Shown here piece by piece: positions 12,385 through 24,640 of a DNA stretch of 64,000 nucleotides (positions within the stretch are counted from its first letter, which is position 1; each line of letters begins with the position of its first letter). The notes beneath the pieces are model-generated. The model worked only from the letters and a program-made list of their open reading frames with translations, searched no databases and had not been told where the DNA came from. Location of the stretch: NCBI RefSeq assembly GCF_006345805.1, contig NC_042997.1, positions 197,532,001-197,596,000 of the forward strand, written 5' to 3'. The position numbers were made by a program, and so were the translations under genes. Origin of the DNA: Octopus sinensis (Eukaryota).

Positions 12385-12790
12385 TCAGGTGTAGTGTTGG
12401 CGAATTTCAGGAAGCATGAAGGTTTTAAAGGATGTAATGTCTCAGTAACTAACAACTGATGCAGGTAGTTTGTTCCATGCTTCAACAACTCAGAGTGTGA
12501 AAAAATGTTCCCAAAAGTCATGGGAGCTGTGCTGTTTTCTGACTTTGTAGGTATGCCCACGTGTGTTAGACACATGGAGCTCAAAAAGGTGCTCAGGGTG
12601 GTTATTGTTGTGATGGCTAATAATTTTGTGGGTGTTTACTAAGTCAGCTGCCAGACGTTGGAGCTTCAATGTATCTATGCCTAGGGAAACAAGGCATTCA
12701 GAGTATGGTAGATGACTGATGGAGGGTACTCGCTTGGTTGCACATCTCTGAAGTTTCCAGAAGGTCAATGCCCTGAGCAAGATAGGGATT
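12385..12790 (-). mobile_element. CR1-clade LINE 3' fragment
   Basis: QRCATKRVP..L.Y...L..L...TL..RL..DL..THKI...TRGH..K.......HFFTLRVVEAWNKLP. Confidence 0.85.
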
Positions 12791-13246
12791 CCAGCCTGGT
12801 GATGCAAATTCCAAGTGTGGCCGCACCATAGCCATACACAGCCTTAAATAGATAGCTGGAGAGCAGCTGACAAAGGTCTGTTGTTGTTGTTGTTGATGTT
12901 AAGCAACAAGACGGGTAAGGGTGATTAGGTGATGGTCTAGGGCTTAGGGGTGGGAGACCCCAGACCTTGGAAAAAAAAAACTTTGGTCGTCTTGTTGTAG
13001 TCAAGGGCTTTTGTTGACGCCCAACACCACTGGGAGGTGGCCCTTGAAGTCACTGGAAATGGAGATCTCCAGGTTCAAATTCTTGAACGGCAGACAAAGG
13101 TCTTGCTGAGTGATGCAGCAACACCATCCCTAAAGAATATTCTTAACCAACAAGCCAAACATGCAACTATAAAATCTATAAAACAGAATTAAACCCATGG
13201 AAATTGGACGACATTTTACAGACTTGTGGAAGAAAGAGTAACTCAC

Positions 13247-13520
13247 TGAGTTTATTAATGCTGTGTAAAATAGCTTGGTCAATGCCCATAAGTTGTAATA
13301 AAGGTCCAGTGTCTTGAGGTTCCTCCTCTTCCAAATCTAGTTTCCTCTCTCCTTTGTAAGTGTCATTTCCAGAGAAATTGTCCGGACCATCATATGAGTC
13401 TTCATCTACCAGCTGTGGATGGCTCAGGTTAGTGTCTTCATACTGACTAAACGAGGTGTCCAGCTGGTTTAAACTTGCTTCGACATTCTCCTTCTTCCGA
13501 GCTGCATTCAAACGAGCCGC
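13247..13520 (-). CDS. ACTR8: ARP8 exon 11 (AARLNAARKK...LMGIDQAILHSINKL)
   Basis: Acidic insert followed by GxDxAILHSI as in ARP8; CAG/GTGAGT; phase 1. Confidence 0.93.
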
Positions 13521-14885
13521 CTGTAGAACAAACAAGAAGAAAAATTTTCAGTTATCAAATAAGGACTTACAGAACAAAGAAAGCAATCACTGGCTTAAAA
13601 ATATATACACACATGTGAATGGGTGTGTATGTACAAGTGTGCATATATATATCTGATTTGTCATCATCATCATCATCGTTTAACATCCGCTTTCCATGCT
13701 AGCATGGGTTGGATGATTTTGACTGAGGGTTGGTGAACCATATGGCTACACCAGGCTCTAATCTTAATTTGGCAGAGTTTCTCCAGCTGGATGCCCTTTC
13801 TAATGCCAACCACTCCAAGAGTGTAGTGGGTGCTTTTTATGTGCCACCGGCACGGGGGCCAGTCAGGCAGTACTGGCACAGGTGCCAGTAAGGTGATGTT
13901 GGTAACGATCACGCTCTAATGGTGCCCTTTTACGTGCCATCGGCACGGAAGCCAGTTGGCTGCTCTGGCAACGATCATGCTCAGATGGTGCTCTTGGCAC
14001 CCTACTAGCACAGGCACAAGTACCAGTAAGGCGACGCTGGTAATGATCACACTCGAATGGTGCCTTTTATGAGCCACTGGCACGGAAGCCGGTTAGCCGC
14101 TCTGTCAACGATCACAGTCGTATGGTGTGCATATATATACATCATCATTTAATGTCCATTTTCCATACTGGCATGGGTTGGATGGCTTGACAGAAGCTGG
14201 CAAGCCAGAGGACTGCACCAAGCTCCAGTCTGTTTTGGTATGGTTTTTACAGCTGGATGCCCTTCCTAATGCAAACCACCTTACAGAGTGGACTGGTCCT
14301 TTTCACATGGTACCAGTAAGGTCTGTTTTGGCATAGTTTTTACGGCCGTACGCATCAGTACATGAAGTCTAATTTTGCTCAATCATATCAAGTGGTCACA
14401 GGAAAATGTTAGTCAAAGGCTAAAACTATGCGCCCTTCCCCTCCATTGGTCAGTTGAAGCTTCAGCAGTGTCATGTGACAGTTAGCTGGTGCTGGCTGCT
14501 GGAGCCTACCGGTGGGTATTTAAAGGGAAATGTGGCAGGATGGTCATTTGCCCCACTGACATTTGTTGATATTGCATCAAAGAAATGAAAGAACAAAAGA
14601 GAAAAGGAGAAAGAAGAAACGCACTCAACACCAGAGCTGAAAGAGGAGGGCACCACGGTGAAAACAGTAGATGAGTAGGGGCCGAAACCGGATGTGGTTC
14701 CTCCTGATGATATTTTAAGCCACTGGATCCTATAAAGAAGCTGTTGAAGTAGCAAACCACGAAACATTGTTGGAACTCCTACTTAAAAATTTAAAAAAAA
14801 AAGTGTAACCCTTTTGATAATCAACCTAGTTCTCTGATACAAATTCCCTGCCAAGAGAATTCTAAATAAATCTTGACAATGTTGC

Positions 14886-15114
14886 TTAACCCTTTTGATA
14901 CCAACCCGGCTGAAACCGCCTCTGGCTCTGAGTGCAAATGTCTTGTTTTAAAAAGTTTTGAATTAAAATCTTCCATCAAACCTTAGTCACACTTTATGTT
15001 CCTAACACTAGCTTAACGATATCAAAGATATTTTACTAAATTCTTTGTTATATTTAAAATTAATTGAAAGAAACACAGAGCATCCCAAAATAAATACAGT
15101 AACGAAAGGGTTAA
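14886..15114. mobile_element. Short piggyBac-type MITE
   Basis: TTAA-CCCTTT...AAAGGG-TTAA; relatives at 27140-27355, 38979-39205 and 48983-49495 (the last split by an RTE tail). Confidence 0.82.
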
Positions 15115-15254
15115 AGAACAGATGAGGGTTTAAAAAGAAAAAAAAATGTAATTCTAATTAGTAGAAAATGTAGTGCGTATTTGTCCTTTTACCCACCATA
15201 AGTTGAGAAATGAAAAATTGAAAGAGAGGGAGAAGAAATAAAAACAACAAATTT

Positions 15255-15723
15255 GTACATTATTTACATTTGATGGATATTTGTCCTCATCTTATTTATT
15301 GTTAACACAACGTTTCGGCTGATATACCTTCCAGCCTTCATCAGGTGTTTTGGGGAAATTTTGAACCTGGGTTCTCATTCCTAAGGTAGTTTTCGATGTT
15401 ATTGTTATTATTATTCAGGTCACTGCCTGGAATCGAACTTGGACTCTTGGGGTTAGTAACCTGCTCTCTTAACCACTATGCCATATGCCCATGAGCATAT
15501 GGCATAGTGGTTAAGAGTGTGGGCTGCTAACCTCAAGATTCCAAGTTCGATTCCAGGCAGTGACCTGAATAATAACAATAACATCGAAAACTACCTTAGG
15601 AATGAGAACCCAGGTTCAAAATTTCCCCAAAACACCTGATGAAGGCTGGAAGGTATAATAAGCCAAAACGTGTTAACAACAAACAAGATGAGGACAAATA
15701 TGTGTCAAATGTAAATAATGTAC
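15255..15723. repeat. Spacer-less palindrome of two tRNA-head plus hammerhead (Penelope-like tail) units
   Basis: The arms, about 235 bp each, are reverse complements around 15491/15492. Confidence 0.92.
15304..15349 (-). ncRNA. Minimal type I hammerhead ribozyme motif
   Basis: AACAC-CUGAUGA-A-GGCUG(10 nt)CAGCC-GAAAC-GUU-GUGUU; stems I and II pair perfectly. Confidence 0.75.
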
Positions 15724-15779
15724 CTAATTCCTCATCCCTTAAATACAGAAGTGTATTATCAACAAATTTGTTTCCTTAC

Positions 15780-16019
15780 TTGTTGTTGCTGACTCTGGGT
15801 CTGTAATAAGTAAAAATCATCATGAGGGTCATCTGAATCTCCTTCATACCTTTGCTGTGTGTGACAAAGTTGGGAACCTTGCAGCGCCAACATATCAATG
15901 AAAAACAAACTCAACGGTGCTAGAACACACTCATCTCCAAGTTTCACAGAATTATATTTGATGATCAAACTTTGTGGTTTTTTAATGTGTATGTTGTATT
16001 CATACACACCGTCTTGTTG
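15780..16019 (-). CDS. ACTR8: ARP8 exon 10 (QQDGVYEY...KLGDECVLAPLSLF...DPHDDFYLLQTQSQQQQ)
   Basis: Matches LGDEKLQAPMALF and DPEDPHDEHYLL; TAG/GTAAGG; 80 codons. Confidence 0.94.
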
Positions 16020-16172
16020 CTAAAATGGCAAAAGACAAAAAAAAAAAAAGAAAAAATTATAGATCAACATCATTTTAACATTTAATGTTCCATGCATGAG
16101 TTGGACAGAATATACTGAGGCAGATTTTCTATGACTAGCTTCCCTTCTTGTTGCCAAACTTTACCCGTTTCC

Positions 16173-16515
16173 AAGCCATGCAAGTGTAAGTTCATGCCGT
16201 AAACGAATGGTGAAACCGCGAATGGCTCAGGAACCGGACCTAATCCTCGGGACCCTATTCTTCCACCGCGAGGAGAGTGGATAACTGTGGCAATTCTAGA
16301 GCTAATACATGCAACCGAAGCCGCGATCGCAGGTCGCACCCGGGCGTCGGGCTCGAAAACGGCGGCGGCGCGGCCGGCGTTCGCTTGGCCAGTCCGGGGT
16401 GGTGCACCCGTGCTCGTGCCTTCCGGTCGCGATGATACGGTCGGCCTTCCGCATTGGTTGCGGTGCAAATATTAGACTGAGACCAATGCATACTGGCCGT
16501 CGCAGCAGCTGCCGC
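16173..16515 (+). pseudogene. Dispersed 18S rRNA 5' fragment
   Basis: AAGCCATGCA..., GTGAAACCGCGAATGGCTCA and TGGATAACTGTGGCAATTCTAGAGCTAATACATGC are conserved 18S blocks; a GC-rich expansion follows. Confidence 0.9.
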
Positions 16516-16809
16516 ACATTCCAATATCTTTCCCAATGGCCAGACATTTTCATAGAATATTGAGAATTAATGACACTGCTAATATAACAGTGACACTCAT
16601 TTACAACTATAATTTAACACACTCACCGGTAAAATTCCACTTATCCCTTTTTTTATTTTTCTAAAATTTTCGTTGTGTTTTGCAACCTTTTCAATAGTTT
16701 TGCCTCTTGCAAACCAAATCCCAAAACGATATATTATATATACATTTTATTTTATTTACACCAAAATGTATTTATATATTTAAAAATTTTTATTTTTATT
16801 TATTTTCAG

Positions 16810-17203
16810 AATATCCTTATCATTTGATTTCTTTGCACGGTGATCTTGGTTGGCCTGCAAGATCTCCTGATTTGAACCCGTGTGATTTCTTCTTGTGGGG
16901 ATATTTAAAATCAAAAGTATTCAGTCATCGTCCTCGATCTATTCATGAATTAAAACATGCCAATTTGTGTAGAAATAGCAACCATTCCAGAAGAAATGAT
17001 CCATAGAGTTATCGATAACTTTCAGGAACGTCTCCAACAGTGTGTTGACAATGATGGGAAGCATTTAGCTGATTTAATTTTAAAAACTTAATGAAATAAA
17101 ATGGCATTATATGTACATTCAGAAAATAAAATTTTTCTTTTCATTATTTCTTATTTTGTGCTTTTAAGCCTCCAAATGTATCAGATCATTTTGGTCCACC
17201 CTG
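16810..17203 (+). mobile_element. Tc1/mariner transposase 3' end with right TIR
   Basis: ISLHGDLGWPARSPDLNPCDFFLWGYLKSKV...; ends ...CACCCTG before TA-rich DNA. Confidence 0.88.
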
Positions 17204-17458
17204 TGTATATATAACCCATGCTAGCATGGAAAGCGGATGCTAAAATGATAATGAATGATGACCTGATGATGTGACCTCGTGAGTACCACTGGCGATTTGT
17301 TTTTCCTCCGTCTTCCCTTCTCGGGATCTTTCCTTCTATGTTTCCGACGAAGAGCTCCGCTCGAAACGTTAAACCCTCTTTCTTCTCTTCTTTCCTGAGC
17401 GTCCAATAATACCTTATTTGTTCCACGACCTTGCGTTGTGTTTTTTTGTTTGGATTAA

Positions 17459-17503
<45 letters not shown>

Positions 17504-17690
17504 TGAGGAAGTTTCCAAATAATTATCTTCAATGAAGGACACCTTCATACATTACGAAATATAATCACTGTAGCTATTATAGGTTTAAAGATGGTTTAAA
17601 GACAGATTGTATAAATTATACAAGAGGAAAGACAGTTCAAAATCTCTTTCTTAGATCAACATAACTGGAAACTAAATAACAAAATCTTAC

Positions 17691-17844
17691 TTGATCCATG
17701 TGACAATAAGTTTCTTTGAATTCCTGTATGAGCCTTGTATCAACAATATCAGTTATTTTCAGGTGTTGGGGGTTGAATCCAGATTTTGTAAGTAACCACT
17801 GGAAGCACCTTGTAATATCACTGCCTCCATAGTCCATAACAATT
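17691..17844 (-). CDS. ACTR8: ARP8 exon 9 (IVMDYGGSDITRCFQWLL...KETYCHMDQ)
   Basis: Matches YGGSDVSRCFYWL...KETFCHLDQ; phase fits exon 8. Confidence 0.95.
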
Positions 17845-17957
17845 CTAATTAGAGAAGGGAGATGAGGAAGAAAGATAGTATTAATTGGCTATATTGTGTT
17901 ATACCAAACAAATATACACACACACAAGGGGCAAATATTCAAAAGCGAATATTTATA

Positions 17958-18286
17958 TCTCTATATATATATAAACGGCAAAATGTCTGTGTGTGTGTAT
18001 CCTTTATACAAATCCACAATGTTTCAGTTAGAGGGCTCGCACACATCTTTACATTTTCCCAGTCACCCCGCAAAACCATTAAAAGATCAATAGAAGTGAC
18101 TTTTTTGTGAATTTTCTATCCAAAACCCAATCAAAATGCCCGAAACTTGATACGCCAATTGAATGCCAGCTAGCTGTATGTGATTGGTTGGAGGTTTGGA
18201 TAGTACTCGCGTGTACGTGCGCACGCATGCAGCTGTATATGCATGCACTAGCACTATGACCCGGCGTTGCCGGGTCATAGTGCTAG
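17958..18286 (+). mobile_element. Non-autonomous Helitron with a perfect terminal hairpin
   Basis: A|TCTCTATATATATAAAC start; CTAG|T end. Another TC-type 5' end lies at 53140. Confidence 0.7.
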
Positions 18287-18898
18287 TAGATATTATTATT
18301 GTTACTATTATCTGCTTTAAATATAAATAATTGATAGTAACAACGACAATAACATAGGTGGCTGCAGGCATTAAATAGCATTAGATAGTTATAGAATTAA
18401 AATTTGTATTTATCATAAGGGCACAATTCAGAATTCAGGCAGACTTCAACGTGACAAGCTGAATTTTTTCATTTGGTAAAACTTGCTGAAGAGAGTTAAG
18501 ACATTTTTGCCAGAACTGAAAATCACGATGCAAGTGTATGCAAATGCCAAACTATATACCATTAAGCTGTGATGGTCTGTTTAAATTCTTTACCTGTTTG
18601 CCCAACCACTGTTGTTATCTGTTGAAGTTTTCAGTGTTATTGGTGGTTTAGCTGAGGGTTTTAACTCCACTTTCCAGCAGGTAGGCACCTCGTGTGCCCT
18701 TTATATATCATCATGGTGGAACATAAGTCTCTAACACTACCTATGTGATCTTTGCCTCACATATGGTATAGTGTAGAAATATTACACTACTCATGTCAAA
18801 ATTAAGATATCGTATTGAGCCTCTGGGATAAAACATAAAATGAGGCTGAAGAGCAAACATATTAAGCAACCATGTTCTCTCAAGTAATACCTACTTAC

Positions 18899-19014
18899 CT
18901 AGTATTTCTATGAGATAATCCATCTTCTACACAACAAACACTTGTCTTCTGATCTCCAACATCCAACACACAGGCACTACTTACACCAGCACCAAACGTG
19001 GCACAAACAGATTC
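18899..19014 (-). CDS. ACTR8: ARP8 exon 8 (ESVCATFGAGVSSACVLDVGDQKTSVCCVEDGLSHRNT)
   Basis: Near identity to the ARP8 phosphate-2 region; CAG/GTAAGT; phase-2 end. Confidence 0.96.
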
Positions 19015-20083
19015 CTGGAAATAAATTAAGACAAAATTTTGTTTTGGTGTCTAATACTAACGGGAGCATAAAGAGCTTGCAAAGTGTGCTGGTGTCATGT
19101 AAAGGTCACCAGTGCTGGTGCCACACAAAGAGCACCTGTGCTCGTGCCATGTAAAAAAAGTATCCAATACAATCTGTAAGATGGTTCGTGTGAGGTAGGG
19201 CATCCAGTTGTAGAACCCTTGCAAAAAGAGATAATTGGATCCTGGAGCAATTCTCCAGAGCCTGTCAAACCATCCAACCCATGCCAGCATGGAAAACAGA
19301 CTTTAAACAATGATGATGATGATAATGATTATGTTAGTTTATAGGGGGCACTCTGAAATGACTGTTTTACACCATTTACTTAAAGACAGAACTTTTTTCT
19401 CCATGGGTCTTTTTACAGCTGGATGGGACGCCAGTCCATCGCAGCGTTACTCATTTTTGAAATGAAGTGTTTTGCTCAAGAACACAACGTGTCGCCTGGT
19501 CCAGGAATCGAAACCACAATCTTACGATCATGATGCTGACACCCTAACCACTAAACCATGCGCCTCCACTTAATGAAATAAGAATATATTAAGGGTATTT
19601 TTCATGACACAAGCACAAGGGAGAAAAAAAAAAGACAGACTGAGTGAGATTGTAATAGAGAGTGATTTGGCTTTATGCCAGGTATTGAGAGAATGAAGTA
19701 TAAAAGCAGGACGAGAACAGGTATCTTGTAATAGGCGAGCTGGCAGAAACGTTAGCACGCCGGGTGAAATGCGTAGCCGTATTTCGTCTGCCGTTACGTT
19801 CTGAGTTCAAATTCCGCTGAGGTCGACTTTGCCTTACATCCTTTCAGGGTCGATAAATTAAGTACCAGTTACGCACTGGGGTTGATATAATCGACTTAAT
19901 CCCTTTGTCTGTCCTTGTTTGTCCCCTCTGTGTTTAGCCCCCTGTGGGTAGTAAAGAAATAGGTATCTTGTAATAGAGGCAACACATGGCTGCCCAGCAT
20001 TATTTAAGTGTGGATGGGAGTAGCCAGGAAGATGATGATGATGGTAGTGAGAAGGTGACAGAGTGTAATTACGGATTACTTAC

Positions 20084-20194
20084 TTGGTGAATAATAGCTG
20101 CAGAGAAACCGAGATTGTTGAGAAGAATATTCATCAATGCCTTTATGTGTTTATGGACATAGACGTCTGGAATCAGTAACACAACTCTATAATC
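20084..20194 (-). CDS. ACTR8: ARP8 exon 7 (DYRVVLLIPDVYVHKHIKALMNILLNNLGFSAAIIHQ)
   Basis: Matches ARP8 YRCILLIPDIY...GFSGIVVHQ; CAG/GTAAGT. Confidence 0.95.
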
Positions 20195-20344
20195 CTGGAG
20201 GAAAAAGAATAAAGAAAACAAAAATGAACTATAATTTAATTAATGCATGGTTTGATGGCTCAATGGGTAAAAGGGTTGGTAATTTAATTACTAGTCCTGT
20301 GTAGAGATAGAGGCTTCAATCTCAGTCTGCAACTATATATTCCA

Positions 20345-20945
20345 GAACATCCCGCTGTGCTTGAGGAGACCTGTTGAGTCAAGTACATGAACATCGAAAT
20401 AAATATCAATGGAAATAGCAGTTGTGATACCTGTGCCGGTGGCACATAAAAGGCACCATCCGAACGTGGCCGATGCCAGCGCCGCCTCGACTGGCTTCTG
20501 TGCCGGTGGGACATAAAAAGCACCATCCGAACGTGGTCGATGCCAGTGCTGCCTCGACTGGCTTCTGTGCCGGTGGGACATAAAAAGCACCATCCGAACG
20601 TGGTCGATGCCAGTGCTGCCTCGACTGGCTTCTGTGCCGGTGGGACATAAAAAGCACCATCCGAACGTGGTCGATGCCAGTGCTGCCTTGGCTGGCTTCC
20701 GTGCCGGTGGCACGTTAACAGCACCAACAGATCGTGGCCGATGCCAGACTCCCCTGGCACCTGTGCAGGTGGCACGTAAAAAGCACCCACTACACTCGCA
20801 GAGTGGTTGGCGTTAGGAAGGGCATCCTGCTGTAGAAACTACCAGATCAGATTGGAGCCTGGTGCAGCCTTCTGGCTCGCCAGCCCTCAGTCAAACCGTC
20901 CAACTCATGCCAGCATGGAAAGTGGACGTCAAATGACGACACTGA
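20345..20945 (+). mobile_element. RTE 3' end with about 64-bp tandem units
   Basis: GTGCTTGAGGAGACC start, repeated GCACCATCCGAACGTGG units, same tail. Confidence 0.85.
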
Positions 20946-21490
20946 TGATATTATAAATTTGAGTTATTTTTCTGTCTGTTACGTTTTTATGTCCGTTAAC
21001 TCCTCCTAGGAGGAGCAAGGACAACGAAACTCAAGCCAGCAATTCCCCTAATCCCAGAGAATGTCCTAAGGGGGTCTATTTTTTTTAAGGGCCACCTAAT
21101 TTGGGCCCCACTGCCCCCCATTTGGGTTGGCCCAGGGCTATAATAGAAGACAACTGTCCAAGGTGACATGCAGCAAAACCTCACAAATGGTAAGTAAGCT
21201 TCTAAACCGCCGTGCTCTACCTGTAAAATCCTGCCCTAACAAGTTCCACCATCTAACCCATTCTACCACGGAGGATTAGACTTCAAACATTTAAACAAAC
21301 AAATAAATTATATAAAATATATCAAAGAAAAACAGTCATGAAAAGTAGATTAAACAAACATTTAGCTTCTGGCATATTACCCAACAACAGACCAGTCTGT
21401 GCAATTTTCTAGGTTCTGGGACATTTTTGAAATTTACTCATAAACAAAAAAACTTTCACAGAGAGAAAAGAAAAAAGAAAAAAAACTTAC

Positions 21491-21664
21491 ACTTATGTCT
21501 TTACGAGGAATTCCTAGTTTGGTTTCTAAAGCTGTCGCCCAAATAGTTTCAAGATCAGCCAGAACAGCAGAAAAAGTTCCACCTGGTCCTTTATGTATGT
21601 TTAGTTGACTGTATCTGATTGGCCAATGTAAATTATAACAATCTGATGTTCGGACATATAAAGC
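21491..21664 (-). CDS. ACTR8: ARP8 exon 6 (ALYVRTSDCYNLHWPIRYSQLNIHKGPGG...RKDIS)
   Basis: Strong match to ARP8 YNIHWPIRRGQLNIHPGPGG; CAG/GTAAGT. Confidence 0.96.
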
Positions 21665-22515
21665 CTGGAAAGATAAAGATTGAAGTTCACTGAGGAATTT
21701 AAGATTATTGGAGATTGTTGTAAAGCTGCAAAAATAGCAATAAAAACCCATCATCATTGTTTTTAACATCTACTTTTCCATGCTTGCATGGGTTAGATGG
21801 AGGGCACTGAAGCAGATTTCTTCAGCCAGATGCCATTCCAGTTGCCAACCTTCCAGTCCCCAATTGTTGACCCTTAAGCTGATTCAATACCCACATGTCC
21901 TTCAATCATTTCTTCTCAATCTATTCCCTAAACCACATCACTGGTATGATGAAGGGTGGTATTACACCTACTCATACTCATTCCTCCTCATACAACAATC
22001 TCTTTCATCAAAATGACTCACTAATGAGGGATTATAACTGATCTGTTAGTGTCTGATACTCCCCTCCATTTACTCTCCCTAATTACACACCATCACTCCC
22101 TCATCCTCCTGAAAGCCATCCATCAATCCCTCATCCGCCTGTAAAGCCAAACACCATTTCCTTTTCCTCAAGTTATTCTTTATTATTTCACATCTAGTCT
22201 TCCTATACCATTACCACCTGGAATATCCATTACTCTCTCTTCCCCACCTTACCTGTTATCACTACCTTTTCCTTCCTCATAGTCACCACCCTTTTTCTCC
22301 AGATGATGTTAGTAAGATTCATCCCACTCCTACCACTAACCATTTCTATGGCAACCCATCACGTCCTCTCTCTCTCTCTCTTACCAAAGATGTGACTGAT
22401 ATCAGTGCTTCTCTCCCACTACATTCTACCATTACTTCCCCATTGCTCCCTACCATTATTGTCTCTCTCTCCCAATTATCCCTGCTATTACTGTCTTTTT
22501 TTCCCTTACTCTTTA

Positions 22516-22904
22516 CTAGCAGTATCGCCCGGCGTTGCTCGGGTTTGTTTCGACCCTTTAGAATTGGGATTTTCGAAAAGTAAAAATTTTGCATTATGTA
22601 GCTTGTTATTCTCTTTAAGTGAACATTTTTCTGGTTGAAATACACCGAAAAATGGCGACACAGCAGTAAAAAAATCGTAAAAAATAGGAATTTTCATAGA
22701 AAAAAAGGGACCTTTTTGATGTAAATAATTTGGTGTTAACATGGTCTGATTTGAATTTTTTCTTCTACGGAAGGAAGAGCAAGCCTTTTTCTATCATACT
22801 CTCAATTTTGGTCAACTTGCGCCGCAGGGTCTCGGAGGAGATAGTGTTAGTTGAAGGCTACCAAACCTGCCATGCACAGACAACTTCAGTTTTATATATA
22901 TAGA
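22516..22904 (-). mobile_element. Non-autonomous Helitron
   Basis: Same 3' end (CCCGAGCAACGCCGGGCGATACTGCTAG|T) and a TC start on the minus strand. Confidence 0.78.
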
Positions 22905-24535
22905 TTGCACTCCCTTAACCCACCTCTTACTTTCCATTCTCCCTCTCACCTTCATACATCTACTGCAATCACCCCCTCTTCATCTGATATCATTGCTCTG
23001 AATGAACAGAGAAAACAGAGCGCGGGGGGGGGTCTCTTATTTGTGGGGTACAATGCAACCTCAATGGAGATGATGTCAAGATAAAACGTACCCAATATAT
23101 TCTAAAGAGCATGATAAATAAATTGAGATAGCACAAGATCAAAGAGACCCTTCAGTCATGTCTTGTTAAGGGCATCACAACCTCTTTAAATGCTGGTTCC
23201 ACAAAGAAATAACACCCAGTATGCTCTGTAAAATAGATGGCATTAGGAATGACATCCTGAAGAAACCATATCAAAAACAGAACATACGAGTGAAATACGG
23301 TTGTCTGACACTTTTAATAGGGCAGTAACTGTGAGTGGGAGCTCTCTTGAGAATGTAATGACCCATCCAAAAATGCTAGTATGGAAAGAGGATGCCAGCG
23401 CTGCCTTGACTGGCTTCCGTGCTGGTGGGACGTAAAAAGCACCAACCGTTCGTGGCCGTTGGCAGCCTACCCTGGCACCTAAAAAGCACCATCCGTACGT
23501 GGCCGATGCCAGCGCCGCCTTGACTGGCTTCCGTGTCGGTGGCATGTTAAAAACCACCAACCGATCGTGGCTGTTGCCAGCTTCCCCTGGCACCTTTGCC
23601 GGTGGCACATAAAAAGCACCCACTACACTTACGGAGTGGTTGGCGTTAGGAAGGCATCCAGCTGTAGAAACACTGCCAGTTCAGACTGGAGCCTGGTGCA
23701 GCCTCTTGGCTTCCCAAACCCCGATCGAACCGTCCAACCCATGCTAGCATGGAAAACGGACGTTAAACAATGATGATGATCATGAACATGATGATGACAG
23801 ACACATAAATACTGTGTATATATATATATATATATATGTGTGTATGGATTGGATTAGATTGCCTACGTTCAGTCCACTGTAGGACGAAGGCATTAGCATG
23901 TTCTCTCCTTCAACCACAGTCTGGTGTGGAGGCCGTAAATTTGAGCTTGAGATCATACTGATTTAATGAGCATACTCTGCCATACTGGCTTGACATGGCT
24001 TGGCAGAACCATGCAGTTTTTATACTCTTACCGAGGAATAGTTAAGTCAATAACATCAACCCCAATGCTCAGCTGGTATTTATCTTATCAACCATGAAAG
24101 TATGAAAACCAAAGTTGGCCATAGAATGTAAGGAAGGACAAAATACTGCTAAGCATTTCGCCTGACGTGCTAATAATTCTACCAGTTCGCCACATGACAT
24201 ATATGGGGCCAGGGAGGTAACTGGTGACAGCATTTAACTGCAGACTTCATGAGAGCACCTATATCGTCTGTCGTTACATTCTGAGTTCAAATTCCGCCGA
24301 GGTCGACTTTGCCTTTCATCCTTTTGGGGTCGATAAATTAAGTACCAGTTACGCACTGGGGTCGATGTAATCAACTTAATCCCTTTGTCTGTCCTTGTTT
24401 GTTCCCTCTGTGTTTAGCCCCTTGTGGGTAGTAAAGAAATATATATTGCTTTCAGAAAAATATAAACAAAAAGATAAAGAAATCAATACTGGTAAGAGTA
24501 TAACAGTGGAAATACATAAGTCTGTAGTTGCTTAC

Positions 24536-24640
24536 TTCTTCCCCAATCAAGAACTCTGGTTTATCAATTGTACTGGTCCAATTCAACGAAGAATGTGTAT
24601 CAGTCCATTCGCCTAAAACACAGCTGTTGTAGGTTGCAAG
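24536..24640 (-). CDS. ACTR8: ARP8 exon 5 (LATYNSCV...WTSTIDKPEFLIGEE)
   Basis: Matches ARP8 WTNTSHHPEYLVGEE; CAG/GTAAGC; 35 codons; too short for the ORF track. Confidence 0.92.

Noticed and set aside
14470-14790. ORFs of 84-98 aa in ARP8 intron 10
   Set aside because: No recognisable motif and no phase-compatible need for an extra ARP8 exon.
15492-15565. Functional tRNA gene
   Set aside because: The acceptor stem does not pair and the head is fused to a repeat tail; treated as a SINE-type head.
16082-16563. Cluster of overlapping Arg/Ala-rich ORFs
   Set aside because: A by-product of the GC-rich 18S fragment.
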